Shown: piece by piece, positions 14,157 through 23,362 of the stretch
Numbering within the stretch: position 1 is the stretch's first letter
Layout of the letters: the number at the start of each line of letters is the position of its first letter
Assembly: GCA_039818905.1 (NCBI GenBank)
Contig: JBCBTA010000001.1
Span: forward strand, 1 to 33,941
Direction: 5' to 3'
From: Planctomycetota bacterium
GTDB taxonomy: Bacteria; Planctomycetota; Phycisphaerae; Phycisphaerales; UBA1924
DNA length: 33,941 nucleotides
Notes under the pieces: model-generated
What the model was told of the DNA's origin: nothing
Seen by the model: only the letters and a program-made list of their open reading frames with translations
Databases searched by the model: none
Made by a program: the position numbers and the translations under genes

Positions 14157-15335
14157 TCACGCATCCTCGAGCGAGGGCACCGTCACCCAGGACTGCGACT
14201 TCCAGCTCTGCAGCCCCAGTTCGGCGAGCTGCACGCCACGAGCGCCGACGCGCAGGGTCCAGGGGAACGGCTCATCCAGCGCCACGTGACGAAGGAAGAG
14301 CTCCCACTGCACCTTGAACGCGTTGTCATAGGTCGTGGCATCGGGGACCTGCTGCCAGTTGGCCATGAAGTCGATCGGCTGTGGAATGTCGGGATTCCAC
14401 ACGGGCTTGGGTGTCTCCGAGATCGACTGCACGTGGCACTCGCGCAGACCGGCCACTGCCGAGCCATGCGTTCCATCGACCTGGATGGTGAGCAGATCAT
14501 CCCGCCGCACACGGGTACACCAGGATGAGTTGAATTGGCAGATCGTGCCATCCTCGAGCTCGAAGATGGCGTACGCGGAATCATCCGCTGTCGCGGGGTA
14601 CGCCTTGCCTGACTCGTCGAGGCGCTCCGGCAGATCCGTCGCAGCATGGGCCACCAGACGTCGGACCGGTCCGAAGACGCCGTCCAGCACGTACCGCCAA
14701 TGGCAGAACATATCGACCATGATGCCGCCGCCATCCTCCTCCCGGTAGTTCCAGGAGGGGCGCTGTGCCGGCTGGTCCTCGACGTGACCGGAGAAGACCC
14801 AGTATCCGAATTCACCGCGCACCGACAGGATGCGGCCGAAGAACCCCTGCTGCTTGAGCATCGCGAGCTTGCGGATGCCGGGCAGCCACAGCTTGTCCTG
14901 CACGACACCATTCTTCACACCGGCACCTTCGGCCAGCGACGCCAGTCGCAGGGCCTCATCCGTGGTCGTCGCTGTCGGTTTTTCGCAGTAGATTGCCTTG
15001 CCAGCCTCGATGGCCCGCTCGACGAGCGGGATGCGCATCTGTGTGACCGAGGCATCGAAGAACACCCCGTCATCAGCGTTGGCCAGCGCCGCATCCACGT
15101 CGGTGGTGTACCGCAGGGGCTCGCCGATGATCGATGGTCCGTGCTGCTCCGCCAGGGCCCGCAGCTTGTGCTCGTTGCGACCGACCAGAATGGGATCGGG
15201 CATCAGCGTGAGCTCAGGAGAGACTCGGATCCCACCTTGTCGCATGATCGCAAGGATCGAACGAACCAGATGCTGATTGGTTCCCATGCGTCCGGTGACG
15301 CCGGAGAGAATGATCCCGATACGCTTGGTCGTCAT
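14157..15335 (-). CDS. Gfo/Idh/MocA family oxidoreductase
   Basis: 392 aa with [13 protein letters not shown] Rossmann start and AIYCEKP motif. RBS AGGAG lies 6 nt upstream. Confidence 0.85.
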   Translation of the reverse strand: MTTKRIGIILSGVTGRMGTNQHLVRSILAIMRQGGIRVSPELTLMPDPILVGRNEHKLRALAEQHGPSIIGEPLRYTTDVDAALANADDGVFFDASVTQMRIPLVERAIEAGKAIYCEKPTATTTDEALRLASLAEGAGVKNGVVQDKLWLPGIRKLAMLKQQGFFGRILSVRGEFGYWVFSGHVEDQPAQRPSWNYREEDGGGIMVDMFCHWRYVLDGVFGPVRRLVAHAATDLPERLDESGKAYPATADDSAYAIFELEDGTICQFNSSWCTRVRRDDLLTIQVDGTHGSAVAGLRECHVQSISETPKPVWNPDIPQPIDFMANWQQVPDATTYDNAFKVQWELFLRHVALDEPFPWTLRVGARGVQLAELGLQSWKSQSWVTVPSLEDA

Positions 15336-15448
15336 GGTCTGCTCCTGTCGAGCGACAGCCGCTCGCTACTTCAGCGTAGCCGCGCAGAGGTCAATGTCGC
15401 GGAGTCGGCCAGACGACTCGATGTGCCAATCTTGCCACCAGGGCCCGA

Positions 15449-16378
15449 CTAGAAAACACCGGGGTCCGAACGAAACGCGCCGGGTGAACATCCGACGCGC
15501 TGCCGGAACCATCGGGAGAACGTCGCTGACGAAGCGAAGCCGACCTGCTCTGCGACTGTGCTGATCGGGAGTTCGGGCTCGAAGAGCATCGCCTTGGCGC
15601 GCTCGACCCGCCGCGCCGCCATGTAGTCATGCGCCGTCCGCCCCATCGCGGTCTCAAAGCGGCGGCAGAATTGACGCACGGACAGATGTGCCGCGGATGC
15701 CATTTCCTCGAGTGACGGCGGCTGGTCGAGATTGTCCTCGATCAGGTCGAGGGCGGCTCGCACGGCATCATCCTCGTCGCCCATGGGACCGAGCAGTGCG
15801 CCTCCTCCACCGGCGCGAGGCCAATGCAACAGCACATCGCAGAGGGCGGCCAGCCAGAACGACGGTTCCTCGCCGTGCAGCGGCGCCTGGCGATGCAGGC
15901 GCTCCACACCCTCGAGAAGCCGCGTCGCCGGCTCGATTCCAGTCGCCAGGCGAGGAAAGGGACGGCCTGGGACATCCACGGCGAGCTTCAGCAGCATCAC
16001 CGAGGCGCCGCGCCCGAGCGGCTTCAACTGGAAGCCGTGGCGGTCACCCGCATAAGCGACGAGTGCAGACGTGTCTGCGAGACCGGTCCATCGCTCGCCG
16101 ACATACGCCCGCCCGCCGCAACGCGTGACGAGAGCGAGCTGGATGACATCAGCATGGGCATGCGGATGGATGGAAAAGGGATGCGACAATGGGCGCCACA
16201 GAACATCCGAGAGTGACGCGGGTTCGCGGGCAACTTGTGCAATCAGCCCCCCAACTGCTCTGGCATGATCGCGATTCGGCGTGCCCATCGGCTGCATCCC
16301 GTGATTCTGTGCGGCGTCACCCCTGCTGACAACGGGGAACCGGAAGAGGCCGCTATCGCTCGACACGTCCTGAGCCAT
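15449..16378 (-). CDS. AraC family transcriptional regulator
   Basis: C-terminal double HTH: LEEMASAAHLSVRQFCRRFETAMGRTAHDYMAARRVERAKAMLFEPELPISTVAEQVGFASSATFSRWFRQRVGCSP. The start is uncertain. ATG 16378 overlaps kdgK by 26 nt; ATG 16297 or 16288 are alternatives. Confidence 0.85.
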   Translation of the reverse strand: MAQDVSSDSGLFRFPVVSRGDAAQNHGMQPMGTPNRDHARAVGGLIAQVAREPASLSDVLWRPLSHPFSIHPHAHADVIQLALVTRCGGRAYVGERWTGLADTSALVAYAGDRHGFQLKPLGRGASVMLLKLAVDVPGRPFPRLATGIEPATRLLEGVERLHRQAPLHGEEPSFWLAALCDVLLHWPRAGGGGALLGPMGDEDDAVRAALDLIEDNLDQPPSLEEMASAAHLSVRQFCRRFETAMGRTAHDYMAARRVERAKAMLFEPELPISTVAEQVGFASSATFSRWFRQRVGCSPGAFRSDPGVF

Positions 16379-17399
16379 CGCCCCCAGCCAGCTTCATGAC
16401 CTCGTCCACGGTGGTCACGTTGAAATCACCCGGGATGGTCTGCTTGATGCACGATGCGGCGACGGCGAACTCCAGGGCATCGCGCGACGTCGGCAGACTG
16501 ACAAGACCGTAGATGAGCCCCGCTGCGAATGAATCGCCGCCGCCAACTCGGTCAATGAGTGTCACGTCATAGATGCGCGAGCGGGTCGGAACGGTGCAGT
16601 CACGGTCATCGAGCAGCATCGCGGACCACAGATTCCGTGATGCGCTGATGCTCTCGCGCAGGGTGATGGCCACTGCCTTGAAACCGAACCGATCGCGGAG
16701 TCGCTGCGCCAGGTCAGCGTACCCCTGCTCGTTCAGTTCACCCGACGCCACGTCGGTTCCCGCGGCGGCCATACCCAGAGACTTGTCCGCATCTTCTTCA
16801 TTGGCGATGCAGACATCGACGTCCTCCATCAGCGGCGTCATGACCCGCTGCGCCTCCTCGGTCGTCCAGAGCTTCTTGCGGAAGTTGAGGTCACAGGAGA
16901 CGGTGGCGCCGGCCAGCCGAGCTCGCTCGAGCATGGCCGCGAGCGTTCGCTGGGCCGAGTCGCCGAGAGCGGGCGTGATCCCGGTGAAGTGGAACCACGT
17001 CGCGCCGGCAAAGATCGCATCGAGATCGAGGTCATCGGGCGTGATGGTGGTTACCGCGGACCCGGCACGGTCGTACACGACCTTGGAAGACCGCTGCGAT
17101 GCGCCCGTCTCGAGGAAGTAGAGACCGAGCCGGTCACCGCCGCGGGCCATGCCGCTGGTATCGACACCGAACCGGCGCAGATGCCCGAGCGCCGCCGACC
17201 CCAGCTCGTTGCCGGGCACTTTGCTGACGAAGGCCGCGTCCAAACCGAACTGGGCAAGCGACGCGGCGACATTCGCCTCGCCCCCACCATAGGTGACATC
17301 GAAGCTCTGACTCTGGAGGATCCGGCTGAAGCCGGGCGTCGAGAGGCGAAGCATGATCTCGCCGAACGTGACGATGCGCGGAGCGAAGGTGCTGTTCAT
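16353..17399 (-). CDS. kdgK: 2-dehydro-3-deoxygluconokinase (PfkB family)
   Basis: IVTFGEIMLRLSTPG, TYGGGEANVAASLAQFG, LYFLETGASQRSSKVVYDR and GGGDSFAAGLIYGL are typical KdgK signatures. The start overlaps the eda stop as ATGA. Confidence 0.9.
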   Translation of the reverse strand: MNSTFAPRIVTFGEIMLRLSTPGFSRILQSQSFDVTYGGGEANVAASLAQFGLDAAFVSKVPGNELGSAALGHLRRFGVDTSGMARGGDRLGLYFLETGASQRSSKVVYDRAGSAVTTITPDDLDLDAIFAGATWFHFTGITPALGDSAQRTLAAMLERARLAGATVSCDLNFRKKLWTTEEAQRVMTPLMEDVDVCIANEEDADKSLGMAAAGTDVASGELNEQGYADLAQRLRDRFGFKAVAITLRESISASRNLWSAMLLDDRDCTVPTRSRIYDVTLIDRVGGGDSFAAGLIYGLVSLPTSRDALEFAVAASCIKQTIPGDFNVTTVDEVMKLAGGDGSGRVER

Positions 17400-18040
17400 G
17401 ATCTGGCAGACCTGATGGAGTCACAGAGGACCTCCGCCCGTCGCGTGATCTCCTCAAAGTCACGTCGGGCGAGTGCGTCGGCGTTCAAGAGTGCAGATCC
17501 GATCCCCACAGCGACGGCGCCGGAACGAATCCAGTCTCCTGCATTCTCACACGTCACCCCGCCGGTCGGCATGAGCTGCAGGTGCGGCATGGGCGCGAGA
17601 ACTGCTTTGAAGAACGGCATGCCAACGACATCGGCAGGGAACACCTTCACGATGGCCGCACCCGACCCATGCGCCTCGTGAATCTCCGTTGGTGTTGCTG
17701 CACCCGGGATCGGTGCCGCGCCTGCATCGCGTGTCGCGTCAATGACAGCGGGAACGAAGATCGGGCTTACCACGTACCGGGCTCCGGCCCCGACCGCTTG
17801 CGTCGCAGTCGGCCCATCAAGGACGGACCCCACGCCAATCAGCAGCCGATCATCACCGCGCGCCGCCAGCCCTCGAATCACATCGATGGCATTGGGCATC
17901 GTCATAGTGATCTCGATTGCCCGGACACCTCCGGCAAGCAACGCGTCCACCACCGGATCGATGATCGATGCGTCCTTCAGTCGAACGACCGCAACCGCAC
18001 CGGCATCGACGAGCGCAGCGGCAATTGTGGATTCAGGCAT
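17396..18040 (-). CDS. eda: 2-dehydro-3-deoxyphosphogluconate / 4-hydroxy-2-oxoglutarate aldolase
   Basis: 214 aa with GVRAIEITM, IGVGSVL, YVVSP, GAATPTEI, VKVFPA and LMPTGGV, the Eda family pattern. Confidence 0.9.
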   Translation of the reverse strand: MPESTIAAALVDAGAVAVVRLKDASIIDPVVDALLAGGVRAIEITMTMPNAIDVIRGLAARGDDRLLIGVGSVLDGPTATQAVGAGARYVVSPIFVPAVIDATRDAGAAPIPGAATPTEIHEAHGSGAAIVKVFPADVVGMPFFKAVLAPMPHLQLMPTGGVTCENAGDWIRSGAVAVGIGSALLNADALARRDFEEITRRAEVLCDSIRSARS

Positions 18041-18221
18041 AGCGATACTCCACCTCTACTCTACTCCAAGAGCGACCACACAGCACCATTGGGGCGGCCC
18101 TCTTGATATGCAGATCTTGCCATTTCCCTGCCCCTGCAAACCTGCGGCTCCGGATGGGGATACCGTGCAAAAAATACGATCACAAACGCTGCCAGACAGC
18201 CATCCCGAGGAACCTCCAAAA

Positions 18222-19610
18222 ATGATTGATCTTGCCACGGCGCCGACCCCCACCGATCTGGCCGGCCCCATCAGCACCATGCTGCACCACGCAGCGCGGA
18301 AGATCCTCTCGATCGATGAGATGAACCCGCCGGGCTCTGCATCCCCGGTCTTCACCGTCGAAGGCCGGTACACCGCGCAGGGGTGGACGGAGTGGACGCA
18401 GGGATTCCTCTATGGAGCTGCGGCGCTGCAGTTCGATGCGACGGACGATCCCACCTTCCTCGAGCTTGCCCGGACGCGCACGCGGGAGGTGATGGCACCC
18501 CATCTGACGCACATCGGTGTGCATGATCACGGCTTCAACAACGTCAGCACCTATGGCACGCTCTGGCGACTCCTGCGCGAAGGTCGCTTCGAAGCGGACG
18601 AAGCCGAGCGCCACTTCTATGAGCTCGCTCTGAAGGTGACCGGCGCAGTCCAAGCCTCGCGATGGTCCAGGACAGCGGATGGTGGCGGCTACATCTACTC
18701 CTTCAATGGGCCGCAGAGCCTGTTCGTGGACACCATCCGCTCCTGCCGTGCGCTGTCATTGAGCCATGCGCTCGGCCACGAATTGCAGACCGAGCAGGAT
18801 GAACGCGTTTCGCTGCTTGGTCGCATGATCGTGCACGCACGGGAGACGGCGAAGTGGAACATCTGGTACGGCGAGAATCGTGATACATACGACATTCGCG
18901 GCCGAACCGCACATGAGTCCGTCTTCAACACCAACAACGGCGTCTACCGCTGCCCGAGCACACAGCAGGGATACTCCCCCTTCAGCACGTGGACGCGCGG
19001 GCTCGCCTGGGCCATGCTTGGATTCCCGGAGCAGCTCGAGTATCTGGAGACACGCTCTGATGCCGAGCTGGAGCCATTCGGCGGACGGGCTGACGTCGAA
19101 GCGATGATGCGACGCGCAGCAGAGGCAACCTGCGACTTCTACATCGAGCACACGCCCACCGACGGCGTGCCGTACTGGGACACCGGCGCCCCCGGACTCA
19201 GCCAGATGGGCGACTGGGCATCCCGGTCATCGGAACCGCACAACGATCACGAACCCATCGACAGCTCCGCCGCGGCGATTGCGTCTCAAGGGCTGGTGCG
19301 CTTCGGCCATTGGCTCAACAGCCGCGGCGAGACGGACGCCGGAGCCCGCTACCTCAGTGCCGGCCTTGTGACGCTGCAGACGCTGCTCGACGAGCCGTAT
19401 CTCAGCACATCGCCGGATCATCAGGGCCTGCTGCTGCACGCCGTGTATCACCGGCCCAACGGCTGGGACCACGTTCCGGCCGGGAGCACGATCCCCTGTG
19501 GCGAAAGCTGCATGTGGGGCGACTATCACCTGATGGAAGCGGCGGCTCTCGTGAAGCGACTCGCCGAGGGCAAGCCGTACACCACCTTCTTCGGACACCG
19601 GGAGAGCTGA
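18222..19610 (+). CDS. GH88/GH105-like unsaturated uronyl hydrolase
   Basis: Motifs HDHGFNN, WTRGLAWAMLGF, DSSAAAIASQGL and ESCMWGDYHLMEAA. ATG 18222 has GAGGAA upstream. The track ORF start at 17742 runs antisense through eda and is not credible. Confidence 0.8.
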   Translation: MIDLATAPTPTDLAGPISTMLHHAARKILSIDEMNPPGSASPVFTVEGRYTAQGWTEWTQGFLYGAAALQFDATDDPTFLELARTRTREVMAPHLTHIGVHDHGFNNVSTYGTLWRLLREGRFEADEAERHFYELALKVTGAVQASRWSRTADGGGYIYSFNGPQSLFVDTIRSCRALSLSHALGHELQTEQDERVSLLGRMIVHARETAKWNIWYGENRDTYDIRGRTAHESVFNTNNGVYRCPSTQQGYSPFSTWTRGLAWAMLGFPEQLEYLETRSDAELEPFGGRADVEAMMRRAAEATCDFYIEHTPTDGVPYWDTGAPGLSQMGDWASRSSEPHNDHEPIDSSAAAIASQGLVRFGHWLNSRGETDAGARYLSAGLVTLQTLLDEPYLSTSPDHQGLLLHAVYHRPNGWDHVPAGSTIPCGESCMWGDYHLMEAAALVKRLAEGKPYTTFFGHRES

Positions 19611-19612
19611 GC

Positions 19613-20395
19613 GTGGCGAATCATGAACGACGTGTGGCACTGGTGACCGGCGGCTCCCGCGGCATTGGCCTTGGCATTTCCATTGCCCTTGCGCAGCGCG
19701 GCTTCGATGTCGTGATCAACGGCCGGCGGGCTGAAGCGGAGCTGCGCGAGCCGATCGCACGGATCGAGGCAGAGGGCGCCGCGGTCGCGTACGTTCAGGC
19801 CGACGTCGCAGCCGTCGAGGGTCACGCAGCCATGCTCGATGCGATCCGCGCGCGCTTCGCTCGACTGGACTGCCTCGTCAACAACGCCGGTGTCGCCCCC
19901 CAGACGCGCGACGACCTGCTCGACGCGACCCCGGAGAGCTACGACCGTGTCATGCGCATCAACCTGCGCGGCCCGTACTTTCTCACGCAGGCCGCGGCGA
20001 AGTGGATGATCGAACAGAAACAGCATGACGCCACACGACGTTGCTCCATCATCAACGTCTCATCAGTCAGCGCAACCGTCGCGTCGGTGAACCGCGGCGA
20101 GTACTGCATCTCCAAAGCCGGTATCGCGATGGCCACCATGCTCTGGGCCGCGCGCCTCGGCGAAGTGGACATCCCCGTCTACGAGATTCGCCCGGGCGTC
20201 ATCCGCACCGATATGACCGACGCCGTGCAGGAGAAGTATGACCGCCTCTTCGCGGAAGGTCTGACCGTCGAGCGTCGATGGGGCACGCCGGAGGACGTCG
20301 GCTCTGCCGCGGCGGCGCTTGCAGATGGGGCCATCCCGTACGCCACCGGGCAGGTGATGATGGTCGATGGCGGACTCACGCTGCAGCGGCTCTAA
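19613..20395 (+). CDS. SDR family oxidoreductase (candidate DEH/KduD-type 2-keto-3-deoxy-uronate reductase)
   Basis: VALVTGGSRGIGLGI, NNAG and YxxxK (YCISK). GTG 19613 has GGGAGAG 6 nt upstream and lies 2 nt after the GH88 stop. Confidence 0.85.
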   Translation: MANHERRVALVTGGSRGIGLGISIALAQRGFDVVINGRRAEAELREPIARIEAEGAAVAYVQADVAAVEGHAAMLDAIRARFARLDCLVNNAGVAPQTRDDLLDATPESYDRVMRINLRGPYFLTQAAAKWMIEQKQHDATRRCSIINVSSVSATVASVNRGEYCISKAGIAMATMLWAARLGEVDIPVYEIRPGVIRTDMTDAVQEKYDRLFAEGLTVERRWGTPEDVGSAAAALADGAIPYATGQVMMVDGGLTLQRL

Positions 20396-20604
20396 TGAGA
20401 GCAACGCGGGGTCCAATCGCGGTTTCAAGGGCGCCGGACCGGTCTGTGCCGTCGGGTTTTCATGTAATCACCTCACCCGCATCGGCATCGCGGTTCCTCA
20501 CTTCCTGCCGCTGCGTGCTTGTCTCGTGGCTGGCCACCGCTATTGTTGAACACGTCATTTGTTCACGACACGTCACAGGGATCATCTGATCCGAGGGGAA
20601 AAAC

Positions 20605-21339
20605 ATGTCTTCCACGCACCTGCTTGCAGGGGCTGCTGTCGCAGTTCTTGCCGGTTCAGCTTCGGCCACGCCGATCTTCGACGTCTTCGGTCCACTGCCG
20701 CAAGCGACCTTCGGCGGTACGGGCATTCCGAACGACGAAGTCGCCGCGGGCATGCAGATCGAGGACGGCGACGTCACGATCACCATTGCTCTGAGCGCGA
20801 CGCAGCGCTTCTCCAACCCGGCGTTGACCAACGACGGCGCCGGCACCTACTTCGCCACGCCTGGCTCCAACTTCGGCGGCGCGGGTGAGTCATCGTCCGA
20901 GGGCGCACTTTGGAACTTCAACTACTACATCGAGGTCGAGGGCATCAACGGCGCCACGCCGCAGCTCACCGACTACCAGATCGACCTGTTCTATGACTTC
21001 GACACCACGCCCGACAACGGTCCGGGCACGCTCGGCAGCATCGACATCACTGGTTCGCTCGGTCTGCTCGATCCCGCCGCGACGGTGACCGAGGGTTCGC
21101 AGAACCTGCTCTTCGGCTTCCTCGAGAACCCGGCCCCGCCCTTTGACACGGTGGTCACTCCGCCTGCCGGATCCTTCGATCCCAACGCGCTCGGTGAGTA
21201 CAACTTTGCGATCACGGTGTCGCAGCCCGGAGGCTTTAGCCTCGAGACGGTCGCCATCGATGTGGTCATCGTGCCCTCGCCCGCATCGGCCGCCCTGCTC
21301 ACGCCCGCCGGCCTTCTCCTGGCTCGGCGTCGCCGCTAA
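20605..21339 (+). CDS. Secreted protein with PEP-CTERM-like sorting tail
   Basis: RBS GAGGGG. Signal peptide LLAGAAVAVLAGSASA. The C-terminus is VPSPASAALLTPAGLLLARRRR, that is a P-x-P motif, a hydrophobic span and an Arg cluster. Confidence 0.8.
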   Translation: MSSTHLLAGAAVAVLAGSASATPIFDVFGPLPQATFGGTGIPNDEVAAGMQIEDGDVTITIALSATQRFSNPALTNDGAGTYFATPGSNFGGAGESSSEGALWNFNYYIEVEGINGATPQLTDYQIDLFYDFDTTPDNGPGTLGSIDITGSLGLLDPAATVTEGSQNLLFGFLENPAPPFDTVVTPPAGSFDPNALGEYNFAITVSQPGGFSLETVAIDVVIVPSPASAALLTPAGLLLARRRR

Positions 21340-21366
21340 GCGCTCGACCATCCAGGAATGAACCGC

Positions 21367-21395
21367 ACACCCCGGTCCGCCGGGGTGTTTTTGTT
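21367..21395 (+). terminator. Intrinsic terminator
   Basis: ACACCCCGG (21367-21375), loop TCCG, CCGGGGTGT (21380-21388), then TTTTGTT. Confidence 0.8.
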
Positions 21396-21454
21396 GGCTT
21401 TCTGGCATCATGCCGCACGCATCACAGGCGCCAATCAGATCACTGGGAACCACC

Positions 21455-21964
21455 ATGCCGCAGCAGCCCACGCCACCCGTCACATTCAGTCATGTCGGCA
21501 TCACTGTCCCCGACCTCGATCGGGCCGTCGCCTTCTATCGTGATGCGCTCGGGCTGTATCTCATCATGGGACCGGTCGAGGTCACGTCAGACGACAGCGC
21601 CATCGGTCAGATGTGCGACGACGTCTTCGGCGAGGGCTGGAGGCGATTCCGCATCGCGCACATGGCGACGGCCGACCGCGTGGGTGTCGAACTGTTCGAG
21701 TTCGATCGGACCGAGCCCGAGACGCGACCGTTCGAGTACTGGCGTCCTGGCCTGTTCCACCTCTGCGTCCAGGACCCCGATCTCGAGGGTCGCGTGCGCC
21801 TGATCGAGGCGCATGGCGGCAGGCAGCGGATGGAACGAGTGCGGTGGTACCACCCGCAGCAGAAGCCATACCGGATGGTCTACTGCGAGGACCCTTTCGG
21901 AAACATCATCGAGATCTACAGTCACTCCTACGAACTGACGTACTCGCCGGGCGCGTACAGCTGA
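21455..21964 (+). CDS. VOC family (glyoxalase/bleomycin-resistance/dioxygenase fold) protein
   Basis: FSHVGITVPDLDRAVAFYRDALGL ... FHLCVQDPDLEG ... CEDPFGNIIEI. ATG 21455 is preferred because the track start at 21410 lies only 15 nt after the upstream terminator. Confidence 0.75.
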   Translation: MPQQPTPPVTFSHVGITVPDLDRAVAFYRDALGLYLIMGPVEVTSDDSAIGQMCDDVFGEGWRRFRIAHMATADRVGVELFEFDRTEPETRPFEYWRPGLFHLCVQDPDLEGRVRLIEAHGGRQRMERVRWYHPQQKPYRMVYCEDPFGNIIEIYSHSYELTYSPGAYS

Positions 21965-21973
21965 TGCGGCTCG

Positions 21974-23308
21974 TCAGCGAATCACGTGCAACTCCGTCTG
22001 CCGGCCGTCGATGTACGAGACGGTGCCGTTCTCGAAAATGGCGTCTTCCTCGAGCATGATCCGGACCGTCTTGCCGTTCCACTCCGGGATCGGCTCGACG
22101 ATGCTCAACTCGATGGCGTACGCCGTGCGATCGCGGACGGGGTATTCACCCGTACCCGGCACGCCCTCCTGCTTGTCCCACATGCCGATCGCCGGACCTG
22201 CAGCGTGCCCATGGAAGCCGAGCGGGTGGGTGTAGACCATCGCATCGATGCCCTGCGCCTTCGCCTGCTCCAGCGATGCGCGCAGAATGTCGTTGCCGAT
22301 GCGCCCTTCCTCGAATTCCGCCGTCAGGATGTCCTGCATCTTGTTGCCGCGGCGGAACGCGCGGCGGAGCCCCTCGGGGGGCTCTGTCTCTCCGCGGCGC
22401 AGCACGTACGCCATCTGCTGCGTGTCGGTGTGCAGCCGAAGATAGCTGATGCCGAGATCGATATGCAGCAGATCGCCACGCTGGATGACCTGCTCGTCGC
22501 CGGCCATCATGTCGAGGAAATCACCGTCAGCGTCCGGACGCTGGATCGACACGATGGGATGAAACCAGTCCGTGAGCCTGAGCTCCCGCACATGCTCGCG
22601 GCACCACCACTTCACATCGTCACTGGTCGTCACCCCAGGCTGGATGACGCGCTCGGAGAGTGCTTCGGCGATGATCTCGTGCGCGATGCGGCAGACGGAT
22701 GCATACACCTCCATCTCCTCAGGCAGGCGCGTCTCCAGCCAGCCGACAGCCAGCCGCTCGGCGGGGACGACCCGCTCGCGCAGGTGAGTCGGCAGTGCCT
22801 CCTGCAACGCCTCGAACTGCGAATGTGACAGCCCGTCGGCAAGCGCGAACGTCGGTGAAATGTTCAGCCCGATACGCTCGGGATCACGCTCCTCAATGAT
22901 CTCGACCAGCCTCGCCCACTGATCCGGCTGTTCTTCCGGATTCCACGAGGACTCGAAGAACTCCCCGATTGCGTAGCGCGAGACGGCGAGGCGCTCGACA
23001 TCCGCCGGCGGACCCGGATCGTGAAACACCAGGATCGTGCGCCGCCGAGCCGAGTGCCACGTCGCCGGGAGCATGGTTTTGAGGACGGGGTCTTCGTTGT
23101 ACTCGCGGCCGAGGATGATCCACATATCGACGTCGTTGCTGCGCATCAGCTCGGGGACAATCCGATCGAGCCGCTGCCCCAGCCACCCATTGACGACCGC
23201 CGCACGCTCCCGCATTGGTAGGACGACTCCCGGATCCGCCGCGAGGGCCTGTGAAGCGCCGATGAGAAGCGCAGCCAGCAACAGCAGGACCGCAGGCACG
23301 TGATGCAT
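21974..23308 (-). CDS. Secreted M24 family metallopeptidase (Xaa-Pro peptidase-like)
   Basis: Signal peptide VPAVLLLLAALLIGASQALA. The pita-bread metal-ligand pattern is GDLLHIDLG, THPLGFHGH, AIELS and MLEEDA. Confidence 0.8.
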   Translation of the reverse strand: MHHVPAVLLLLAALLIGASQALAADPGVVLPMRERAAVVNGWLGQRLDRIVPELMRSNDVDMWIILGREYNEDPVLKTMLPATWHSARRRTILVFHDPGPPADVERLAVSRYAIGEFFESSWNPEEQPDQWARLVEIIEERDPERIGLNISPTFALADGLSHSQFEALQEALPTHLRERVVPAERLAVGWLETRLPEEMEVYASVCRIAHEIIAEALSERVIQPGVTTSDDVKWWCREHVRELRLTDWFHPIVSIQRPDADGDFLDMMAGDEQVIQRGDLLHIDLGISYLRLHTDTQQMAYVLRRGETEPPEGLRRAFRRGNKMQDILTAEFEEGRIGNDILRASLEQAKAQGIDAMVYTHPLGFHGHAAGPAIGMWDKQEGVPGTGEYPVRDRTAYAIELSIVEPIPEWNGKTVRIMLEEDAIFENGTVSYIDGRQTELHVIR

Positions 23309-23362
23309 CAGGTCACTCCTTCGAGCGGTGGGCGGAGCAGAGCAGCGGGCGGTCGCGCCGCG

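Noticed and set aside
17742-18221. N-terminal 160-codon extension of the GH88 ORF in the track
   Set aside because: It overlaps eda on the opposite strand and crosses the divergent promoter region. Recognisable homology starts only after ATG 18222, which has an upstream GAGGAA.
20396-20604. Sigma-54 (-24/-12) promoter upstream of the PEP-CTERM gene, and a terminator after the SDR gene
   Set aside because: TGGCCACCGCTATTGTT resembles TGGCAC-N5-TTGC, but the GG-N10-GC spacing fails. The GACCGGTC palindrome is too short and lacks a proper stem plus T-tract.
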